Assembly: GCA_903929735.1 (NCBI GenBank)
Contig: CAIYVW010000037.1
Span: 1-45,699 of the forward strand
DNA from: an uncultured bacterium
GTDB lineage: Bacteria; Patescibacteriota; Minisyncoccia; Phycocordibacterales; UBA9973
DNA length: 45,699 bases
Direction of reading: 5' to 3'
The position numbers and the translations under genes were made by a program. Shown here in pieces: positions 9,583-17,204 of this stretch (the stretch's first letter is position 1; each line of letters begins with the position of its first letter). The notes under the pieces were generated by a model, which made no database searches, had not been told where the DNA came from, and was given only the letters and a program-made list of their open reading frames with translations.

Positions 9583-9588
9583 ATCTTG

Positions 9589-9660
9589 AGCCGTCAGTGA
9601 GAATCGGACTCACGCTCTCTCCCTTACCAAGGGAGTGCTTTGCCACTAAGCTATGACGGC
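9589..9660 (-). tRNA. tRNA-Thr(GGT)
   Basis: GCCGTCA/TGACGGC acceptor, CTCCC-TTGGTAA-GGGAG anticodon arm; atypical T-loop TCCGATT. Confidence 0.9.
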
Positions 9661-9853
9661 TAACATATAAATTCAATTTATTAAGAATACTATAAAATAT
9701 ATCTTTTTCAAAGTTTGCAAATTTTATGATTTCGGGTTATTATAATCGGGTATTGGAAATTATAGTGATATAAAAAAGATATATCATAAAGAAAGATAGA
9801 CTCATAACCTTAAGGTTGCGAGATTAAAGAAATCAGTAATAGCTTTTATATAT

Positions 9854-9924
9854 AGCGGGATAGAGAAATGGTATCTCGTAAGGCTCATAACCTTAAGATC
9901 TTGGTTCGATTCCAAGTCCCGCAA
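9854..9924 (+). tRNA. tRNA-Met(CAT), initiator-like
   Basis: A1:A72 mismatch, A11-U24 pair, TAAGG-CTCATAA-CCTTA (only two G-C pairs next to the loop). Confidence 0.88.
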
Positions 9925-9968
9925 CAATAGGCACGTGACATGCCCAATATGTCTCAAGTGCTTAAAAT

Positions 9969-10042
9969 GTCGATGTAGCTCAGTTAGTGAGAGCGGGCGT
10001 TTCATAAGCGCCAGGTCACAGGTGCAACTCCTGTCATCGACA
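9969..10042 (+). tRNA. tRNA with CAT anticodon (elongator Met or Ile2)
   Basis: GTCGATG/CATCGAC acceptor, GGCGT-TTCATAA-GCGCC anticodon arm; atypical T-loop TGCAACT. Confidence 0.85.
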
Positions 10043-10092
10043 CAATAGAGTAGAATTTTTTTCTATTTTATGTTATCTTGATAAAGTAATTT

Positions 10093-10166
10093 GCAGTCGT
10101 AGCTCAATTGGTTAGAGCACCCGCCTGTCACGTGGGAGGTTGAGGGTTCAAATCCCTTCGACTGCG
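10093..10166 (+). tRNA. tRNA-Asp(GTC); integration target
   Basis: GCAGTCG/CGACTGC acceptor, CCCGC-CTGTCAC-GTGGG anticodon arm, TTCAAAT T-loop, G73. Confidence 0.95.
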
Positions 10167-11777
10167 CAGTATTGGACAAAGCACCCCTAAACGGGTGTTT
10201 TGTTCTTTTGTAGCAAAGGTTTTTTCCAGTTCCAACCGATTTATTTCACTTTCTACAGCTTTTCGCTTTTTCTCTATTGGTTCTAGCCAATCGTTTGGTA
10301 AAATAAAGAGTTTTTGGTCTTTTACTATATAGTTCCAACCAAGTGCAGTAAATATACTTTTCTTATCTTCTATTGTAGTTTCAGGGTCTTCAAACTTGAT
10401 TTTTGCTACTTGTGCAAAGTTGAATACTTGTTCGGTGTATTGTAACCAGTTCAATGCTCGGCTTTCAGTTTCATTGATTTTCTGCTTTAAGATTGCAATT
10501 TTTTCAATCAGTTCATTTTTTCTTGAAGCATACTGCTCATCATTTATTAGATCACGCATACGCATTGTTATTAAGTTATCTAGCTCTCTTTGAGATACCT
10601 CAATATCGCCTAATTGTGTTTTATAAATTAGCTCCCTTTCTCGGACTTCATCTGAGTGTTCTTCTGCAAGTATTCTTAATGCCCAATCTCTAAACTTTTC
10701 AGAAATCGTATATTTGTCTATTTCTTCCTTTATCATATCTTCCATATTTTTCAATGGAATAAAAGCTCTTTGGGAACAATTTTCTGTTCCTTTCTTTCGG
10801 TGTGAACAATAATAAAATGTGTAATCTTTTAATTCGTTTTTAGTTTTTATCAATTTAGTTTTTGTACAAGCTGTAACAGAACTTCCACATTCGCCACATA
10901 TCATTGTGCCAGTGTATGTGAATATATGACTCTTAGCTCTAGGTTTTCCATATCTCCCTAATAATTTTTGAACCATATCAAACTCATCCATTGTAATCAT
11001 TGGTTCGTGTTTACCATTTCCAACTTCTCCATTGTAAATAAAAAGACCAGTATAAAATATATTTGTTAAGATATTATACATAGTACTTTTATTTATTTTT
11101 CCACCTCCACGATGCCGTGTCGTTCGTGTTCTCATACCCCAATCATCACTCATTATTTTTAAGAGCTTAGGAATTGTATATTCTCCAGTTAGCATCATAT
11201 TCCACGCTTTCTTAATAAGTTCAAATCGTTCAGGGTCTTTGATTATGTAATTTTCACCACGAACTTCGTGTTTAGTATTTAAGTATCCGAGAGGAGCCAA
11301 TACTGGAGCTAATCCCTTAATAATTTTTTTATCAATTCCACTCTTTACTGCTTTCGCTAAATCTTTACTAAACTGACTAGACATTCCACTCTCTACACTG
11401 ATGATAATTGCATTGTCAGACGGTAAGTATTCTTTTTCCTTGGTCTGTATTGACTGTACTTTTCCGTCAGCAAGTAATTGTTGTAATATTCCACTCTCAA
11501 GAGGATTACGGGAGAGACGATTTAGATGCCAACAAATAATTCCATTTGCTTCACCCTTTTCTATTCTACGGATCATCTCACTAAATGCGGGTCTATTATT
11601 TGGTAGTTTGGCAGACCGACTCTCAGAGAAACTATCAATAACTTCTAAATCATATCTTGTGATAGTTTTTCTATTTTCTTCGTGTTGTCTGTCTATTGAT
11701 TGCACTTGTCTATCTTCTCCTTCAGAAGATTTACGTGCATATTCAAAGTATTTAATTTTTGATGTTTGTTTTGTCAT
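10128..11777 (-). CDS. Large serine recombinase (integrase)
   Basis: YARKSSE catalytic Ser, RPAF, RLSRN, recombinase domain (APLGY, HEPMIT), Zn ribbon CGECG...YYCS, coiled coil; last 13 codons antisense to tRNA-Asp. Confidence 0.95.
   Translation of the reverse strand: MTKQTSKIKYFEYARKSSEGEDRQVQSIDRQHEENRKTITRYDLEVIDSFSESRSAKLPNNRPAFSEMIRRIEKGEANGIICWHLNRLSRNPLESGILQQLLADGKVQSIQTKEKEYLPSDNAIIISVESGMSSQFSKDLAKAVKSGIDKKIIKGLAPVLAPLGYLNTKHEVRGENYIIKDPERFELIKKAWNMMLTGEYTIPKLLKIMSDDWGMRTRTTRHRGGGKINKSTMYNILTNIFYTGLFIYNGEVGNGKHEPMITMDEFDMVQKLLGRYGKPRAKSHIFTYTGTMICGECGSSVTACTKTKLIKTKNELKDYTFYYCSHRKKGTENCSQRAFIPLKNMEDMIKEEIDKYTISEKFRDWALRILAEEHSDEVRERELIYKTQLGDIEVSQRELDNLITMRMRDLINDEQYASRKNELIEKIAILKQKINETESRALNWLQYTEQVFNFAQVAKIKFEDPETTIEDKKSIFTALGWNYIVKDQKLFILPNDWLEPIEKKRKAVESEINRLELEKTFATKEQNTRLGVLCPILRSRRDLNPQPPT
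10178..10210 (+). terminator. Element-supplied terminator-like hairpin behind tRNA-Asp
   Basis: AAAGCACCC-CTAAAC-GGGTGTTTT followed by a T-rich tract. Confidence 0.5.
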
Positions 11778-11780
11778 ATA

Positions 11781-11917
11781 CCATAAAAGGACGGTTCTGG
11801 TTGACCCAATATACTTACCAAGAGGCAGTTTTACTGGCAGAACCGCCCTTTTATGGACAGTAAGACATATAAAATGCCTCTGGCAAAAATCGTATATGGG
11901 TCAACACTTACATTATA
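11781..11917 (-). promoter_or_regulatory. Structured 5' leader of the integrase with a -10 box
   Basis: TATAAT at 11917-11912; stems 11800-11836 / 11858-11905; loop 11838-11856 complementary (18/19 plus G-U) to 11781-11799. Confidence 0.6.
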
Positions 11918-13136
11918 TACCTTTTTCCAAAGAAGTTAAGTTTATAAACTCAAAGTTTTCAAGTGCATTGTTTACGAAAGATATGCAATTTGAGTAAGGC
12001 AATCCTTGTATAAGTTCTGATGCTAATTCAATCTTTTTATTTAATCTTTCTGGGTGATTTGTATCCCATATATCAAAGATTGCTCCTCGTACTTCTTTTG
12101 CTCCGTGATCTTTTATTGCAATAGCCAGACCATAAGAGATAAGAGCTTTATTCAAGGTATGAGATTTCTCATCTAATTTTTGTGCTTCAGCTAGTATGTG
12201 CAAAAGAAGTGTTAATTTGTCAGTGATAGCAAAAAGAGACAGTTGGTTTTCTGGTCTATTGATAATAGTGTGCCAAGAATTGATAACAAGCGACTTCATT
12301 AAATTAGGAGTAAACAAATCCTTAAAAAGAAGTTGTGTCTCATATTCTCTTCCTAGAAGTGGGTTTATATATTTTCTTGCCGTTTGGTTTTTCTTTATAC
12401 GGTATTCGTATCTGAATATCTCTTTATTTTCAAGATTATGAGAAATAATAAATTGTCTTTCATAATCAATATGCTCTTTGTCGGTACGTTTATTTTTTGG
12501 TCTAAGCGAGTCAGAAACTTTGTCATAGATAGACCAATCTGTTGTTCCTGCATATATATTTAGAACTCGTGAACCTTTCTTGTTTTGTTTGTCTGATATA
12601 TCAAATACCTTGCTAATATCTATTTTGCCAAGTTCGTTTATTATTTCCCTCATTTTGATATTTTTGGGAAGTAATATGTTTTTACAAGCGTGTACGGCTA
12701 CAACTTGGGCTTTTGAGATAACTTCTGTTTCTATTGTTATTCCTACACTTTGTAATGCCGACCTAAGAGCAGAGAATACTCTTTGTTGATCTGTATTGCT
12801 TACTTCTTGAACACTATTCCAATAAAGTAATTTTGGAATAGATAGTTCAATTTTAAGAATATGTTGTATGTCTTTCCTGTCTTTTGTTAATGTTTCAAAA
12901 AGTTCAACCCGTGGCAAGTACTCTTCTTGAAACTTGGGTCTTAATACAAATCTTTTAAGATAAGGGTGTCTAGAGGTACGTTCTGTTTGAGACAACTCTT
13001 CATAAGTTCGTCTTGTTATTTCTGGTAAAAACAAAGAAAAGTTTGAAATCTTAAAAGTACGTGGGCTGTATATTTTTATAATAACTGTGTCCATAGTAAT
13101 TTTTATGTTGTCGGTGGATTTCAAGGAACCCTGCAC
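11913..13136 (-). CDS. Putative rolling-circle replication initiator (phage/plasmid gpII/X- or Rep_trans-like); probable start ATG 13094 (MDTV)
   Basis: MDTV start, ELSIPKLL.WNS..EV, IYDK and FRYEYR motifs recalled from this family; sits in the element core. Confidence 0.6.
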   Translation of the reverse strand: MQGSLKSTDNIKITMDTVIIKIYSPRTFKISNFSLFLPEITRRTYEELSQTERTSRHPYLKRFVLRPKFQEEYLPRVELFETLTKDRKDIQHILKIELSIPKLLYWNSVQEVSNTDQQRVFSALRSALQSVGITIETEVISKAQVVAVHACKNILLPKNIKMREIINELGKIDISKVFDISDKQNKKGSRVLNIYAGTTDWSIYDKVSDSLRPKNKRTDKEHIDYERQFIISHNLENKEIFRYEYRIKKNQTARKYINPLLGREYETQLLFKDLFTPNLMKSLVINSWHTIINRPENQLSLFAITDKLTLLLHILAEAQKLDEKSHTLNKALISYGLAIAIKDHGAKEVRGAIFDIWDTNHPERLNKKIELASELIQGLPYSNCISFVNNALENFEFINLTSLEKGI

Positions 13137-13141
13137 AACAT

Positions 13142-13321
13142 TTACTTTTGATTTTTCAAAAGTTCAGTATGCTGTGCATTTTTATTCGGACGATAAAGTA
13201 CAGAAATCAAACGCAAAAGTTTGATGCCTTGTTCATACGCATCTTTCTTGCTGATTTCTTCTCCAAAATGCTCTTTGTAGAGATTTTGAAACTCTATGAC
13301 TTTTTCATCTGAAAGGTTCAT
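13142..13321 (-). CDS. 59-aa small protein not in the ORF track; candidate recombination directionality factor
   Basis: Translated by hand: MNLSDEKVIEFQNLYKEHFGEEISKKDAYEQGIKLLRLISVLYRPNKNAQHTELLKNQK; fills the gap between co-oriented neighbours. Confidence 0.7.
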   Translation of the reverse strand: MNLSDEKVIEFQNLYKEHFGEEISKKDAYEQGIKLLRLISVLYRPNKNAQHTELLKNQK

Positions 13322-13325
13322 AGAG

Positions 13326-13586
13326 CTATCTGCTATACAACTTATTTTTAAGAGCTTTTAAGTGATCGAAGTACGACCTAGCTTTTACTTCTAACTTATC
13401 TGCAAAGTATTTGTTCGCTGTTTCTTCTATTCCTCTTTGCTTTCGGAATACAAAAAGAGCTTTTCTTGGATCGTTTTTCTCGACCGTTAAAAGCTCATAA
13501 TCCGCACACAGAAGTGCGGTACTGCAACCCAAATCATAAGTGGTGAACACAGATGATGGGTCGCCTATAGAAATCTTTTTACTCAT
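13326..13586 (-). CDS. DUF5659-like small protein
   Basis: TYDLGCSTALLC..ELL...KALFVF...KYF...LKALKNKLY pattern; family assignment from memory. Confidence 0.6.
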   Translation of the reverse strand: MSKKISIGDPSSVFTTYDLGCSTALLCADYELLTVEKNDPRKALFVFRKQRGIEETANKYFADKLEVKARSYFDHLKALKNKLYSR

Positions 13587-13712
13587 AGTGATTTTCTATT
13601 TTAATAGTAATATGAGAGTTTCGTGCTCTCATTTACAGGGGACGAAAAATCACAGAAGTAAAAAACCACAACAGAAATATGTTGTGGCCTCTATGCTTTG
13701 CTCTACTTTATA

Positions 13713-15239
13713 TTATTGTGAAAAATCACCGTCTATATCTTCTTCCACAGGTGCTGTCATTTCAGAAAATACTTCTTCAGAGTCAGAATACCTATTTTGT
13801 GGTTTTTCTTTTTTGTCAGCATTGTACCTTATGTTGAACTTTGCTTTATATACACCGCCTATGTCTGTTTCAAATGGGTCTGTTTCGTTTTGAAATATCT
13901 TACGTAAAATGTCCGTGATTTTTTGTTTTTGTTTCTTCTTACTTTCGCGTTCTTTTTTTGTGACAGGAAGCGTCTGACCATTACCCCTAGCTAGTTTTAA
14001 TAGAAAAGCCCAATTTTCATCAGCTTTCCCATTTCTACCATCTTCACACCCCATCCCCTCAAAAGAAGACGGTTTTGTGCTTTTGCTGTCTGATAAAAGT
14101 ATATTGGTTTCATCGAGGAATGTTATTGAAACTTTTACCCATTCCGTTCTAGGAAACTGTTGTAGAGTGACCTTTTTTCCACTGCTTTTTTTAATGATGT
14201 TTTCTTCAACATTCTTTATATTTATATTGATGTCTTTCTCTTGGATGTTATTTTCAAAACGATGGGTATGCTCGTGCTTAATTGTTTGCTCTTTGTCTTC
14301 CCCAAAAATATGATTAAAATCTTCCTTGTATTTTGGTGCTTCCTTTTTGTAAAAGTTATTAGTTCTTTGTATCTGAAGTTTATTTAGTTTCTCTATTTCA
14401 CCAGAGATTGCTTCAAGAAAGAAAGCATTTGCCACATCTGTTTTATGTATTTCTGAATTATTTTCAAATAAATCTTTATCTGCTATTTCTTCTCTTAATT
14501 CGATGATTTGTGGCACAATAAAATCTTCCCAAACACCATCAAAAAACTCAGGACAGATATACAAACTGGTTATTGGTTCAATAAGTGTCTGATATGCCTT
14601 GTTGTTCTTAATTTCCAAAAATGTATCGTCGGAATTAACAATTTTTATTAACTTATTTCTAAGTATTTTGAAATAATCATTTAATTCGTCTATTCCAGAA
14701 GTGGGAAAGTAAATACCCGAACCATAATACGCTACCAGTATTGCTTCATAGTAAGAATAATAAACTTTTACTAAGTATATTTTTTCATTAACCGATAAAT
14801 CGTCTATTTTAGACAGATTGAAGTTTTTTATAAGTTCAGCTTTTGTTTTTAATTTGTCGATACCTGATTGTTGGTTAAAATCAAAACCACTCAAGAATAA
14901 TAATTTTGAACCTATTTCATTTGCTTTTTTAATAAGTTCTTTTTCTGAAGCTGTTATTTCTTTTTCGTGTAAAATTGCGCTGTCCTCAATATATTTAGTT
15001 AGATTTGTTATTATTACACCCACTAGTGCATCCTCTTCAGCTTTCCATATTCCACGTAATCTATTTGCCTTTGATCTACTGGAAAAATCAAAATCATACT
15101 TTGTGTCATAGATGTTTATCTTGAACTCATCTTGAAAGAACTGCTCCATTGTTCGGTCACTAAAATCAAGGACATATCCACCTTGCATCCCAAACAGTTT
15201 TTCCAGTATTGCTTTGTCGGTTCCTTTAATTTGGCTCAT
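13713..15239 (-). CDS. AbiJ N-terminal-domain-like protein fused to an uncharacterised C-terminal domain
   Basis: LEKLFGMQGGYVLDFSDRT...SKANRLRGIW is the AbiJ_NTD3-type signature; no HEPN RxxxxH seen. Confidence 0.65.
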   Translation of the reverse strand: MSQIKGTDKAILEKLFGMQGGYVLDFSDRTMEQFFQDEFKINIYDTKYDFDFSSRSKANRLRGIWKAEEDALVGVIITNLTKYIEDSAILHEKEITASEKELIKKANEIGSKLLFLSGFDFNQQSGIDKLKTKAELIKNFNLSKIDDLSVNEKIYLVKVYYSYYEAILVAYYGSGIYFPTSGIDELNDYFKILRNKLIKIVNSDDTFLEIKNNKAYQTLIEPITSLYICPEFFDGVWEDFIVPQIIELREEIADKDLFENNSEIHKTDVANAFFLEAISGEIEKLNKLQIQRTNNFYKKEAPKYKEDFNHIFGEDKEQTIKHEHTHRFENNIQEKDININIKNVEENIIKKSSGKKVTLQQFPRTEWVKVSITFLDETNILLSDSKSTKPSSFEGMGCEDGRNGKADENWAFLLKLARGNGQTLPVTKKERESKKKQKQKITDILRKIFQNETDPFETDIGGVYKAKFNIRYNADKKEKPQNRYSDSEEVFSEMTAPVEEDIDGDFSQ

Positions 15240-15306
15240 AGTAATTGTAATTTATCCTTAAACAATTTGATTTTACCATATTTTACTATGAAGATTAAGC
15301 ATTTTT

Positions 15307-15454
15307 TGTTATACTGGATGTGCGCATAAGTCAGTTTTCAATCAAGGTTTATTTACCTTGGTTACCAATCGTGTTCAGCATAGGCACTCTATGTGGGATA
15401 CAGGATTGGTAACCTTTTGGCTACTGACTTGTGCGCACCCACTGGAGTGCCTAT
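15307..15454 (+). promoter_or_regulatory. Extended -10 promoter and structured 5' leader of the mod-res operon
   Basis: TGTTATACT 15307-15315; stems 15320-15335 / 15423-15438 and 15360-15370 / 15404-15414; loop 15380-15397 complementary to 15438-15454. Confidence 0.6.
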
Positions 15455-15491
15455 TTTGCGTTTCAGTGGAAGACATCTGTATTAGCGCACT

Positions 15492-17201
15492 ATGTCTCAA
15501 CAAAATAAATTACAATTACACGAAAAAGAGCTTCTTGCTCGTATTTCAGAACTTGAGTTAGAAATTAAAAAACTTAAGGATAGAAAATATGGACTTATTT
15601 GGGAAGATAAACCAGAAGAGGTTGTTTTGCAATGCAAAGCCAATATCCCTATTTTAAGAGAAGTTAAGAATAGAAAAATTGTTTCTGATAATTTAACACC
15701 AAACAATCTTTTGATTGAGGGTGACAATTATCACTCTCTTTCTGTTTTGAACTATACTCACAGGAAAAGTGTTGACCTTGTATATATTGATCCACCTTAT
15801 AACACAGGAGCTAAAAACTGGAGGTACAACAATGATTATGTTGATGGAGATGATGATTGGAGACATAGTAAATGGGTATCTTATATGAATAGAAGATTGC
15901 TCTTAGCAAAGAATGTACTAAAAGACAAAGGTGTTCTTGTCTGTGCTATTGATGAAAACGAACACGCCAATCTTGGATTACTTATACATCAGATTTTTAC
16001 GAATTACACGATTGACTGCGTTACAGTAGTTCATAATCCTAGAGGTGTTCAGGGTAAAAACTTTTCGTATAATCACGAGTATATCTATTTTGCCTATCCA
16101 AATGATGGAGGAAAATATATTCTAGATGCTGAAAGAGAAGAGACACTTGAAAGAAACTTTAGAGTTGACGGTAGTAACTCGCCAAGATCAACCTCAAAGA
16201 CAATGTTTTTCCCAATTATTATAGAAGATAAAAAGATTGTTGGTTTTGGTGATGTTGCTGATGTGAATTATCACCCAAAGCAACAAACTGAACATAGAAA
16301 GAATGGGCAGATTTACGTATGGCCAATAGATATAAACGGTATTGAAAGAAAGTGGTCTTTTTCTAGAAATAGTATAGAAGAAATTAAAGACCAGTTAATT
16401 TTCAAGAACAGAAAAGATAGATACGAAATCTATAGGCAAAAAGATGCTTCCCCCTATAGAACAGTGTGGATCAATTCTAAATATGATGCTAATGAATATG
16501 GCTCAAAATTAGTTAATTCTATTATTGATACAAACTTTCCTTTTCCCAAATCAATTTATAATGTTCTAGAGTGTGTATCAGCTACTGTTGGGAATAATAA
16601 AACTGCAACAGTTTTAGATTTTTTTGCTGGTTCAGGAACTACAGGTCACGCTGTCCTAGAACTGAATAAGCAAGATGGTGGTAATCGTAAGTTTATTCTT
16701 TGTACAAATAATGAAAATAATATATGTGAAGAAGTTACTTATGAACGTATTAAAAGAGTTATAAAAGGATATAAAAATAAGAAAGGTGAAAAAATTGAAG
16801 GTCTTGGTGGTAATTTATCATATTACAAAACCGATTTAGTGAACATAGAAAAAATACACAAGATTTCAGATGAAGAAAAAATTAAGGTTACTTATCAAGC
16901 TGGTGAAATGATAGCAGTAAGAGAAGATACCTTAAATGAAATAGAAAAAAATGAATGGTGGCAGATTTTTGAAGGAAATAATAATATCACTGCTATTTAT
17001 TTCAAAGAAGATAAAGAGAAAATTAAAGAACTGATAAAAAAACTTATTTCTAAATTTGAGAATGATAAAACTTCCGTAACTCTTTATATTTTCGGTTGGG
17101 GTAAAAATGAATACAAAAATGAATATAGTTCAGGCCTAGTTCGTGTCGAGGACATTCCTGAACCTATACTGGAAGTTTATAAAGAAATAAATCGTTTATA
17201 A
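15492..17201 (+). CDS. mod: Type III R-M methyltransferase subunit Mod (beta-class amino-MTase)
   Basis: NLLIEGDN, YIDPPYNTG, HSKWVSYM, FPFPK, LDFFAGSGTTGHAV. Confidence 0.93.
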   Translation: MSQQNKLQLHEKELLARISELELEIKKLKDRKYGLIWEDKPEEVVLQCKANIPILREVKNRKIVSDNLTPNNLLIEGDNYHSLSVLNYTHRKSVDLVYIDPPYNTGAKNWRYNNDYVDGDDDWRHSKWVSYMNRRLLLAKNVLKDKGVLVCAIDENEHANLGLLIHQIFTNYTIDCVTVVHNPRGVQGKNFSYNHEYIYFAYPNDGGKYILDAEREETLERNFRVDGSNSPRSTSKTMFFPIIIEDKKIVGFGDVADVNYHPKQQTEHRKNGQIYVWPIDINGIERKWSFSRNSIEEIKDQLIFKNRKDRYEIYRQKDASPYRTVWINSKYDANEYGSKLVNSIIDTNFPFPKSIYNVLECVSATVGNNKTATVLDFFAGSGTTGHAVLELNKQDGGNRKFILCTNNENNICEEVTYERIKRVIKGYKNKKGEKIEGLGGNLSYYKTDLVNIEKIHKISDEEKIKVTYQAGEMIAVREDTLNEIEKNEWWQIFEGNNNITAIYFKEDKEKIKELIKKLISKFENDKTSVTLYIFGWGKNEYKNEYSSGLVRVEDIPEPILEVYKEINRL

Positions 17202-17204
17202 TTT

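Noticed and set aside
11401-11997. 198-aa plus-strand ORF
   Set aside because: Antisense to the recombinase and its leader; composition typical of a shadow ORF
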